Assembly (NCBI GenBank): GCA_963764165.1
Contig: CAVXRD010000001.1
Location: 128,001-192,000, forward strand
Source of the DNA: an uncultured Verrucomicrobiae bacterium
GTDB taxonomy: Bacteria > Verrucomicrobiota > Verrucomicrobiia > Limisphaerales > Palsa-1400
Reading direction: 5' to 3'
DNA length: 64,000 nucleotides
Positions 18,765 to 27,417 of the stretch are shown here, in pieces. The notes below the pieces were generated by a model, which ran no database searches, was not told the origin of the DNA, and saw only the letters and a list, made by a program, of their open reading frames with translations. Numbering within the stretch: position 1 is the stretch's first letter; every line of letters begins with the position of its first letter. A program made the position numbers and the translations under genes.

Positions 18765-21700
18765 TTAGGGAGCGGAAAGGCGGAAGAATTGGGCTTGATT
18801 GGAAATGGACGCGGGCAATGTAACAGACGACGCTCCGTTTTGATTGACAACGGCGAGATTGACGGCGGACCACACAACAGGCGGGGTCAGGTTCGTTGTG
18901 GCGAAAAGCGAGAACGGCGAGGCGGAGGATGGCCATGAGAGGGTCAAGCTATTATTGGCCGCCGTGTAAACACCGGCGAGCGCAGGCAGCGGGATGGCGG
19001 CGCTGGCCTGATTGGAGGGCGGGCTTTCTCCGCTGGGGTCCGCGGCGGTCACGACGTAGTAATAGGTCGCCCCACTGGCGATGCTCGTGTCAACATAATT
19101 CGTGGCAGTAACCGCGGCAATGGTGGTGTAAGGTCCGCCGTTTGTTGCCGAGCGCTTGATGTTGTAGCTGGCGGCAGAGGAGGAAGCGGTCCAGCTCAAT
19201 GAAACTTGCGCGGTTCCGGACGCGGCGGTCAGGCCGGTGGGCGCGGGCGGAATCGTCACCTTGACTGAGACGTTGTCTAACCTAGCCGTGTTCGTCAGGG
19301 TATTGTTGTGAGCTGTCACCGCGAGGCCGAGAAGGACGTTTGAGGCCATCGGCACAGTCACGCTGCCGACTTGCTGCCATGTGCTGCCATCACTGGAGAC
19401 AGAGCCCGCAAAGGAGTTTCCGGTGCGCGCGAGCTTCACCCAATACGGCGCGGCGCCTGATCCGCTGACGCTGGTGCTGACTGCGCCGGTGACGGGCCGG
19501 TCGGACAACAGCGAGCCATTTTGGGCGCTGATGAGCATCGCCACGTTGATCGAGTCCTGGTTGAGCGATTCGCGTATCATCACTCCGGCTTTGGCCCATG
19601 GGTCGGTGATCTGCAAACTCGCCACGCGGCTGATAATGGTGCAATCGCCGGAGACGGCGCGATAAACATAGTGAAACGAATCGGCGGAATTCCATATATC
19701 CAAACCGGAGCCAGTCACTGTGTAGACGGCGTTGGCATAGCTGGCGCCTCCCGGCCAACCGACATCGCCGGCATCTCCGTCCCACTCAGCGGATACGCCG
19801 ACATCCTGATCCATCCAGGGCGCAGGAAGGGTGGTGGGTTGCGGGGTGGCATTGACTTCGCTGGAATTCGCGCTTTCTCCATTCCCATTAACCGCAGTGA
19901 CAACATAATAGCAAGTCATGCCATTGGAGAGACCCGTGTCAATATAACTCAACGCCACGCAGGAAGCGATGGTGGTGTAGGGGCCGCCGGTATTGGTCGC
20001 GCGCTTCACGTTGTAGCTGATCGCGCTCTCAGCGGCGACCCAATTCAACGATGTCTCCATGTTGCCGCCTGCCGCCTGAATTCCCGCTGTGAGCCCCGCC
20101 GGGATGGCCAATCCGGCTCCGATGACTTTTTCGCCGATGGGCGGCAAAGGCGGGCCGTTGACGGGCACGAACTCGATCCACCCCAAATCGCAGCCCGGCG
20201 AAATGACGTTGATTTGAAGGGTGGTCTTGCCCGAATTGGTCACGGTTATATTGTTGACAACGTAATTAGTGTAGACCGTGTAACTGCCGGTGTTGCCGAG
20301 GCTGACGACGCCTGAAATCACGTTGCTGTTGAGCATGACGGAGATTTGGCCGCCGGCGGCGCCGCCCGCATAGCGGATGTAGAGATTGTAAGTTCCCGGT
20401 GTGCATGCCACCGTGTGCCGCTCCCATTCGCCGGCGGCATTCCAGCCCACTTTCAGCAACGTTCCAGGATCGTCACACGAGGTTTCATCCACTCCGTCGC
20501 ACCGCCCGAAAAAGCCGTTGTTCCACGCGGTGCCAGCCGGACCATTATTGGCTTCGTCATCCGAGACTGTGTTGGAATAGGCGAGGTTGGTATCGCCCAT
20601 ATCGTAATCGACGGCGAAAATCTTGCCGGGAATGGTCACGCCGCTTTTGTAAGACAGCGCTGCCTGGCAAAAGCCCGCGCCAGAATTGGTGCTGGGACGC
20701 ATGAGGCTGTCCACAATTTCCGGATGCACCAGGCAATTGCGGAAATTAGCTGCCATGGCGAAACCCATCAGCCAGTTGTAAGCATTGGTGACGGAGGGTT
20801 TGGCCAGCGTATTACTGGAGGCCCAGTAAGCCATGAGCGTCTTCCAGCCCTGAGTCTCCGGGAATTGAGCGATCGTGTAGAATTCCCCGCACGCTTTGTA
20901 GGCCCAAAAACAGTGGCCTTGCTTGATGGTGGCCGTCTTGCCGTTGGAGGTGAGAGTGACTGGATTGTTGTAGGTCGTGCCGAGGATTCTATTGCACCAA
21001 TGCGTGGAATTGATGCCGAATTCCCCGCCCCAATCCGGGACGTTGGCTCCGACGGCGGTCGCCCGGTTTCCCGTGTCTAGAGGAAGGGGGCTGCCGTAAT
21101 CATGATCGGAAAAGTTCCAGTTGCCATCCGTCCAGCCTTCATTGACATCGTACAACGTGCTGGCATAAGCGTCTCCCTCGCAAAATAGCGTGTGATTGGC
21201 ATCCACTAGACGAATGGTGTGAATGAGATTGGAATACGTATTGCTCAAATACGGCGGCCCTACTTGATGATCGCTGACAGCCGTGTTGACGGGTTCATTG
21301 AGGAGGTCGTAACCGCCGATCCACGCATTGGTCGAGTAATGCGACGCGATGCGCGACCAGATATGCTCTGCCAGCGCGAGATTGGCGGCGTTGGCAAACA
21401 CGCTGGCGGTGTTGGTATTGAGCGTGCCGCCATAGTTGACGACTGCAAAGTTGTTCGGGCCTCCCGGGGCGCAGTGCATGTCCGGTATGACGTAAATGCC
21501 ATTGGTAGAACACCAGCCCACCAGGTTATCCAGGTGTTTGAAACCCGTGCTTATATCGAAACCGTTGCTGGGATAGTTATTGGCCCAGTTTGTGACCTGA
21601 AAAAACTCTTCGAAGGTATACGGCACGCGAACGCTGTTGAAGCCTTGTTGGTGCAAATAGACAACGTCGGCCGCGCTGATAAAGTTAGTCCAGTAAGCAT

Positions 21701-22064
21701 CCATGACTTCCGCCGTCAGGTTTGTGTCTCCGCCCAGCACATCCCGGATGGCGGCGACCAGCCCGTCGTAATAGTTAGCGATGTTGCCTGAGCCAGTGCC
21801 GGCGCTGGAGTAGGCAGGCAGGCTCACATTTCCCAGCATGTAATATTCCGGCCACAACCAGCACCCCAAGTTCACGCCGTTCAAAATGATTGGCTGATTG
21901 TTGATGTCCAGATTCGTAACACCAGAAGTGTGCAAATAACCGGCCCGCGCCAGCCCGGCCCAGAGCGCACAGAGGAGAACAAGGGCGCTGCGCAACGCGA
22001 AGCCTCGAGCGAGGTGCAGCGCCCTCTGCGCAATGGCCCTAAAATTTCCTTCGACCGGATTCAT
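18765..22064 (-). CDS. Secreted GH5 glycoside hydrolase with CBM6-like, FN3 and beta-sandwich modules
   Basis: GVNLGCWL, GFNSVRVP, DMHCAPG, DLLNEP (acid/base), GGEFG (nucleophile). Also IPGKIFAVDYD, two FN3 repeats, WAKAGVMIRE and a C-terminal LSWP...FFRL domain. Start at 22064 followed by a signal peptide. Confidence 0.85.
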   Translation of the reverse strand: MNPVEGNFRAIAQRALHLARGFALRSALVLLCALWAGLARAGYLHTSGVTNLDINNQPIILNGVNLGCWLWPEYYMLGNVSLPAYSSAGTGSGNIANYYDGLVAAIRDVLGGDTNLTAEVMDAYWTNFISAADVVYLHQQGFNSVRVPYTFEEFFQVTNWANNYPSNGFDISTGFKHLDNLVGWCSTNGIYVIPDMHCAPGGPNNFAVVNYGGTLNTNTASVFANAANLALAEHIWSRIASHYSTNAWIGGYDLLNEPVNTAVSDHQVGPPYLSNTYSNLIHTIRLVDANHTLFCEGDAYASTLYDVNEGWTDGNWNFSDHDYGSPLPLDTGNRATAVGANVPDWGGEFGINSTHWCNRILGTTYNNPVTLTSNGKTATIKQGHCFWAYKACGEFYTIAQFPETQGWKTLMAYWASSNTLAKPSVTNAYNWLMGFAMAANFRNCLVHPEIVDSLMRPSTNSGAGFCQAALSYKSGVTIPGKIFAVDYDMGDTNLAYSNTVSDDEANNGPAGTAWNNGFFGRCDGVDETSCDDPGTLLKVGWNAAGEWERHTVACTPGTYNLYIRYAGGAAGGQISVMLNSNVISGVVSLGNTGSYTVYTNYVVNNITVTNSGKTTLQINVISPGCDLGWIEFVPVNGPPLPPIGEKVIGAGLAIPAGLTAGIQAAGGNMETSLNWVAAESAISYNVKRATNTGGPYTTIASCVALSYIDTGLSNGMTCYYVVTAVNGNGESANSSEVNATPQPTTLPAPWMDQDVGVSAEWDGDAGDVGWPGGASYANAVYTVTGSGLDIWNSADSFHYVYRAVSGDCTIISRVASLQITDPWAKAGVMIRESLNQDSINVAMLISAQNGSLLSDRPVTGAVSTSVSGSGAAPYWVKLARTGNSFAGSVSSDGSTWQQVGSVTVPMASNVLLGLAVTAHNNTLTNTARLDNVSVKVTIPPAPTGLTAASGTAQVSLSWTASSSAASYNIKRSATNGGPYTTIAAVTATNYVDTSIASGATYYYVVTAADPSGESPPSNQASAAIPLPALAGVYTAANNSLTLSWPSSASPFSLFATTNLTPPVVWSAVNLAVVNQNGASSVTLPASISNQAQFFRLSAP

Positions 22065-22169
22065 TAACCTTCTTGCGGGTATTGCTTGATTGTGGCAGAC
22101 CAAGGCTCGCCAAGGCAACACCAACGTTGGCCATCTCGAAACTAAATTAAAATACCCATCACACAACCT

Positions 22170-24026
22170 ATGAAGTTGATTCTCCGCGGGTTGATGATTT
22201 CCACCCTCCTGTTTTGCAGCGCGGCCCGCGCGCTGGAACCTGCCAACCCGCAGGCCAACGCCAAAGCCAGGGCGATCCTCAACTATTTCCAGAGCCTCAG
22301 CGCTCGCCAGGAAAAGCGTTTGGTGTCCGGTCAATTTACAGATTTCGGCCGACCAGCCAGCCTGCGGCTCATGAATGAGATTCACGACCAGACCGGCCAG
22401 TGGCCAGCCCTTATGGGAGTCGATTACGCCGATTTCTCCACCGGCAGCCTGGCTTGCAAGGCTCCGAACCAAGCCGCCATCGAATATTGGAATCAGGGAG
22501 GCATGGTCACGATCAGCGCTCACCTTTTCAATCCAGCAAACCCCAAGGGCGGCGGATTGCGTGACAAGGGTGTTGACTTGGAAGCCTTGCTCGCACCCGG
22601 CACCGATACGCATACGCGGTGGATGCAGGAACTGGATCTCATCGCCGCCGGATTGCAGGAACTCAAGGATGCCGGTGTCGTGGTGTTGTGGAGGCCCTTC
22701 CACGAGATGAATGGCGATTGGTTCTGGTGGGGCGCAAAAGACCCGGCCAGTTTCATCAAAATCTGGCGGCACATGTTTGATTATTTCAGCAAGACGAAGG
22801 GGCTGGATAACCTGATCTGGGTCTACAGTCCGAACCACGGGAATAAAACCGCCGCCTATTATGCAGGTGACCCATACGTTGATCTTGTGGGCCTGGATGC
22901 TTACACGGATTTCGTGGACACGGAACACATCAAGGGCTACGCCGAACTGGCGAAGATGGAAAAGCCATTCGGCTTCACCGAATACGGCCCGCATGGCTCG
23001 CAAAACCCGCCGGGCGATTACGATTACCGGCGGTTTCTCGAAGGCGTGAAAAAGGACTTTCCCAAAGCTGTGTTTTTCATGAGTTGGAACTGGAAATGGA
23101 GCTTGGCCAAGAATAATAACGTCAAGGAGATGATGGCTGACCCTTGGATCGTCAATCGGAACGACCTTCCCACAGGACTAGCGGATATGCGCATACGCTT
23201 CCTGTCAAACAAACGAATTGTTTTTCTGGGCGACAGCATCACACAAGCCGGGCAATACGTGTCGTTCACCGACTATTACCTGGAACGATTGTTTCCCGAA
23301 ACGGATTTCGATGTCTACGGGCTGGGTCTCGCGAGCGAAACGCTTTCTGGTTTAAGCGAAAAGGGCCATGCTGGCGGGGCCTTCCCGCGTCCGTGCCTTT
23401 TCGAGCGGCTCGGACGCTTGCTGGAAAAGTTGAAGCCCGGAGTCGTATTCGCTTGTTATGGAATTAACGACGGCATCTACATGCCTCTGGACGACCAACG
23501 ATTCGCGTCCTTCAAGGGCGGCGTCCAGAAGCTTATCGCGCAATGCAAAGAGGCTGGGGTAAAAGCCATTTTCCTCATCACACCGCCGATCTTCGACGCC
23601 GCCGAGAAACCAGGGGAATTTAACTACGACAGCGTGATGACTGCCTACGCCGCCTGGAAGGTGACGTTGAAAGACCCGGGAGTTCATGTGATTGATCTGC
23701 ACACCGCGATGCGCAAGGCGCGTGACGCCAGGTCGGAAGCTTTTTCCAAAGACAGCATTCATCCAGGCGACGATGGCCACTTGCTGATGTCGAAAACGAT
23801 TCTGGGCGCATTTGGTATTCAAGTCCCCGATGAGCCGCTGGCCGCCATCCAGGACGACCCTCTCTTCAAGGAGGTGGATCTTTTGCGCAGGCAGCGCTCG
23901 ACGCACTGGCTGGAGCACATCGGCTACACGCGCGAAAAGACGGTGGCGCCCCAGCCGCTCGGAGATTCAGAGGCGGAGGAGCGAAAAATGCGGCTGGTAA
24001 TTGATGATCTGCGGCGGCGCCGATAA
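22170..24026 (+). CDS. GH26 (beta-mannanase-like) fused to SGNH/GDSL esterase
   Basis: Signal peptide. GH26 motifs WRPFHEMNGDWFWWG, VDLVGLDAY and FTEYG, then SGNH motifs FLGDSIT, GINDG and DSIHP. Confidence 0.88.
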   Translation: MKLILRGLMISTLLFCSAARALEPANPQANAKARAILNYFQSLSARQEKRLVSGQFTDFGRPASLRLMNEIHDQTGQWPALMGVDYADFSTGSLACKAPNQAAIEYWNQGGMVTISAHLFNPANPKGGGLRDKGVDLEALLAPGTDTHTRWMQELDLIAAGLQELKDAGVVVLWRPFHEMNGDWFWWGAKDPASFIKIWRHMFDYFSKTKGLDNLIWVYSPNHGNKTAAYYAGDPYVDLVGLDAYTDFVDTEHIKGYAELAKMEKPFGFTEYGPHGSQNPPGDYDYRRFLEGVKKDFPKAVFFMSWNWKWSLAKNNNVKEMMADPWIVNRNDLPTGLADMRIRFLSNKRIVFLGDSITQAGQYVSFTDYYLERLFPETDFDVYGLGLASETLSGLSEKGHAGGAFPRPCLFERLGRLLEKLKPGVVFACYGINDGIYMPLDDQRFASFKGGVQKLIAQCKEAGVKAIFLITPPIFDAAEKPGEFNYDSVMTAYAAWKVTLKDPGVHVIDLHTAMRKARDARSEAFSKDSIHPGDDGHLLMSKTILGAFGIQVPDEPLAAIQDDPLFKEVDLLRRQRSTHWLEHIGYTREKTVAPQPLGDSEAEERKMRLVIDDLRRRR

Positions 24027-24226
24027 GGTGTGCAGGACAAAATTCTTCATCAACAGAGTCGCTGGGAGTCCCGCCGCTGAATCAGCCCGTCCGAGGCGAG
24101 ATGCCTGCCATCATCAACATCTGGTGGCTTCAGGCTTCAGGCTTCAGCGAGGTGTGAGCGCTGCCAGAGGCGCAAATCCCGGTTTCAACGGTTTGTCATA
24201 GCGCCGCTTCAGCCGGTTATCTGCGC

Positions 24227-25102
24227 TCAGGCCTCTCGCACAATTCGTCCATTCTGGCTCAGCCGCCATTGGCCGAGCAGCGGCGGTCCCAGGAGGTCCA
24301 TTCCGTGCGCACGGTACAACTGAGCAAACTGATCGGCTGACAAAACCTCGTATATGTTTGGTTTGCCGTCGAACTTGCCAACCGCCCGGAAGAACTCCTC
24401 CATCTTGCCCGCCGGTTGGTACATGTTAATAATTTTGCCCGGCGTTTCGTTGATGCACGCCCAAACATGAGCCACTTTGCGCGGGAGGAAGACGGATTCG
24501 CCGGGGCCGGCTCGAAATTGCTTTTCACCCACCTGAAAATCAAACTCGCCGGCAAGCACATAGATCCATTCATCTTGCTCGGCGTGAAGATGGCGAGGCC
24601 CACCGCTCCTGCCGGTGATCTCGAATATACACGCCGCGCCCTCGGTGTCCTGCGCCGACACCTTGCAGTCGCTGGACGAATGGCCGTTGAGTTTGATGCG
24701 CTCGCCCGACCGGTCGTCTCCCGCGGCTACGCTGAACCCGGCAAACATTTCCTGGCTCTTCATTTTCTTCTTTCCTTTCAAGTGCTGGATGGTCTTGTCG
24801 ACGGTTTCAATCAGCCTTCGTGTCCGCGCCAGGTCCTTTTCCATTACCTTGCGATGCGATTGGAGGGCGGCGAGTTTTCCAAAATCGGCCCGGGCCAGAA
24901 TCCGTTGAATCTGCCTCAACTCAAAACCCAGCTCCCGATAAAAGAGGATTTGCTGCAAAACCAAAAGCTGCGGTTCTTCATAGAACCGATAGCCATTGGC
25001 GCCATAATAGGCGGGCTTGAGCAGGCCCGATTCATCGTAAAAATGAAGCGTGCGCACGCTCACCCTCGACATCGCGGCCACTTGTTTGACTGTATAAGCC
25101 AT
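24227..25102 (-). CDS. TipA-like MerR-family regulator with C-terminal cupin domain
   Basis: YTVKQVA...VRTLHFYDESGLLKP...NGYRFY...LQQILFYRELGF. Cupin motifs PRHLHAEQDEWIYVLAGE and GESVFLPRKVAH. Confidence 0.88.
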   Translation of the reverse strand: MAYTVKQVAAMSRVSVRTLHFYDESGLLKPAYYGANGYRFYEEPQLLVLQQILFYRELGFELRQIQRILARADFGKLAALQSHRKVMEKDLARTRRLIETVDKTIQHLKGKKKMKSQEMFAGFSVAAGDDRSGERIKLNGHSSSDCKVSAQDTEGAACIFEITGRSGGPRHLHAEQDEWIYVLAGEFDFQVGEKQFRAGPGESVFLPRKVAHVWACINETPGKIINMYQPAGKMEEFFRAVGKFDGKPNIYEVLSADQFAQLYRAHGMDLLGPPLLGQWRLSQNGRIVREA

Positions 25103-25144
25103 CGTTTTTCCGCCCAAGCCACACGACCCAGGCGCTTGTCCCGC

Positions 25145-25175
25145 ACTTTCGGGCCTAACGTAACGTGAGGGTCAA
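25145..25175 (-). promoter_or_regulatory. MerR-type promoter with 19-bp spacer and operator dyad
   Basis: Minus strand TTGACC-N19-GAAAGT. The dyad CCTCACGT-T-ACGTTAGG overlaps the spacer. Confidence 0.75.
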
Positions 25176-25544
25176 GGGATTTTTGTTGTTGTGCAAGAAT
25201 TCAGTCGCTCCAGCCGGTGCCGGCGAAATCAACCGGACGACATTCTTCAAGCAGATGGAAGCCCGGCTGGATTCCCAGCGGAAAACACATCCCGCCTGGA
25301 CGGCTGCGCGTCCAGAGGTGAATATGGAGCGATGGCGGGCCCCGGCGCAACGAGCTTTTTTTCGCGAAAAACCAAGGGTGCAATAGGGTGCAATAGCATG
25401 CAATGCCCCGAGCCCTCGCGGAACACATCCAAGGGCGGGTGGCATCTCCTGAAATGCGGGATCGGCCAAATGTCAAAGAACATGCCCTGGCGGCAACAGG
25501 GGGAAAATAAGGCCAAAAGTCAGTTTTGTCAATTACTATTGCAC

Positions 25545-26843
25545 TTACACTGTTCCGTGGTATTTAGAGAACTGGCGGTTCTCCGCGTCATATTGGTATT
25601 GCGTGACAATCGGCGTATTCGGAACGCCATTGACCGTCGCCAACGTCGTTTCGGAAGTCCGGTTGCCGTTGGCGTCGTAAGTGTAACTCGTGGTTGAGAC
25701 AGGCATCCCGCTGCCGGACGGCCATTGCTGGGTCATGGACGCGACTTCGCCGGAACTGTTCGGCTGCGGCCGGCCGCTGCCGGGATAATAGGTGTAGGAG
25801 GTCGTCACCGGATATGACACGCCTGGCGATTGCTGCGTCGAGCTGGCCACCAAGGCAATGGCGCTCACGATCTTCTGAAGATGGCTGTCCGCCGTCCAGG
25901 TGTAATTCAACGCCCCTTCCGGGCCGATTTTCGACGCCAACCGGTTGAGGCTGTCGTAGGTGTAACTCACCGTCCGCGCCGTCGTGCCGCCCCCCGTCGT
26001 CACAACGCTGCTCCTTTGGCCCCCGGGCTTGTAACTGTAAGTCTCAACCGTGTTGCTCTCTCCCGCGTTGATGGCGGGAAGGAGCCTCGTGGCCATTCTC
26101 CCCATCACGTCCTCCGTCGTGACGATGGTTTTGCCGCGGAAGTCCGTCACTGAGGTTTGCTGGACGTTGATGCTCGAATTGGTGGCCACCGGGACATCGG
26201 CGTAGGCGGTGATTTCAGCGGAGCCATCCGGCAATATGCGCCTGGTGCGGCGGCCCAGGGCGTCGTATTGGTATTGTGTGAGGTTGCCGTTGGCGTCGCT
26301 CTGCGAGAGTTGGTTGCCGCGCTCGTCGTAGGTGTATTCGTAGGTCAAGAGTCCCGAGTCTAAGAGGACGGAGGTCAATAATCCTCGGTAATCGTAGGTG
26401 TAAAACGTGTGAACTCCCGCCTCGTCGGTTGTCTCCACCTTGTTCCCCGATCCGTCGTAGGCAATGGCCGTCTGATGCCGCGTCCCGTCGGCCAGCACCG
26501 GATACGTCGTCAACACCAGCCGGTTAGCCGTGTCATATAAATAATCCGTTTCGTGGCCATTGGCATCGATCATCGAAATCTGGTTGCCGTTGGGGTCGTA
26601 AAAATACTGCGTCGAGTTCGTGCCGCCGGTGGGCGCGATGGTTTGATTGATGCTCGACAAGCTCACCGTGTAATTGGTGTAAACCAGCACGTTGGTGCGG
26701 CGTCCGGCGGCATCATAACTGTATTGCGTGACGTTGCCATTGGCGGCCATGGAATATCGCACACGGCCGGCCAGATCATAGACCGTCCGCGTGAAGGAGA
26801 CAAGCGTTCCCGCGCCCGTGTTGGTCATTCCGTAAATGGTGTC
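25545..26843 (-). pseudogene. Orphan RHS core fragment, rearranged duplicate of the main RHS gene, no toxin tip
   Basis: 26101-26843 aligns to 32339-33090 and 25574-25853 aligns to 33447-33726. Confidence 0.8.
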
Positions 26844-26899
26844 TCGATCCTGTCAAAATATGTAAATATGCTGGTCTGACCCCTTTTGTGCGACATATG

Positions 26900-27412
26900 C
26901 TACATATAACTCGTGTAGCCCGTTTGGAACAAATGTCGATTATTCAGGATATAATCCGAAAGGTGCATTGCGATTGTTTTCGGTACCTTGCAAAAGGCCT
27001 CATCCAAGTTAGCCATACGCTTCTCCTTATACGCCTCTGTGAATGCCTCCCATGAATTGCCGGAATCAATCTTCTCCCCACGGTAGTCGTGGCGCAGATA
27101 TTGGTCAAATGCTTCCTCAAAAAGCAGGACAAATGGCTGAGCCGCAATTAAGCGAAGATCCTCAAGGGTCTCCTTACTAAGCGTTTCGCCGCTATTCCAG
27201 AAAAACTGATGGTATCCGCCGTTGTTAACCTCGTTTTGTAATCGAAAGCCTGTATAAACGGCCCGCCAGTGCTGGGGAAGACGCAGAATATACTCGGTAC
27301 GCCCATCCCCTTTGAGATCCTCGATATGCGCTAGCACTGCTTGCCACGCCGTATACGCAGGATTCTCTCCATTGATTTGCTGCTCGGTTAAAATTAACGG
27401 TTTTCGTTTCAA
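26900..27412 (-). CDS. DUF4375/DMP19-like protein, putative immunity protein for the AHH toxin
   Basis: EVNNGGYHQFFWNS...LRLIAA motif, immediately downstream of the toxin stop. TTG start at 27412 is inferred. Confidence 0.75.
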   Translation of the reverse strand: MKRKPLILTEQQINGENPAYTAWQAVLAHIEDLKGDGRTEYILRLPQHWRAVYTGFRLQNEVNNGGYHQFFWNSGETLSKETLEDLRLIAAQPFVLLFEEAFDQYLRHDYRGEKIDSGNSWEAFTEAYKEKRMANLDEAFCKVPKTIAMHLSDYILNNRHLFQTGYTSYM

Positions 27413-27417
27413 TTTGA

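Noticed and set aside
22065..23003. 313-aa N-terminal extension of the GH5 ORF overlapping GH26
   Set aside because: Antisense shadow of the GH26 gene. The GH5 signal peptide follows the ATG at 22064.
26844..26890. GGTCTGACCCC motif resembling a transposase-associated end at the RHS fragment boundary
   Set aside because: Single short motif with no partner end or transposase in the window.
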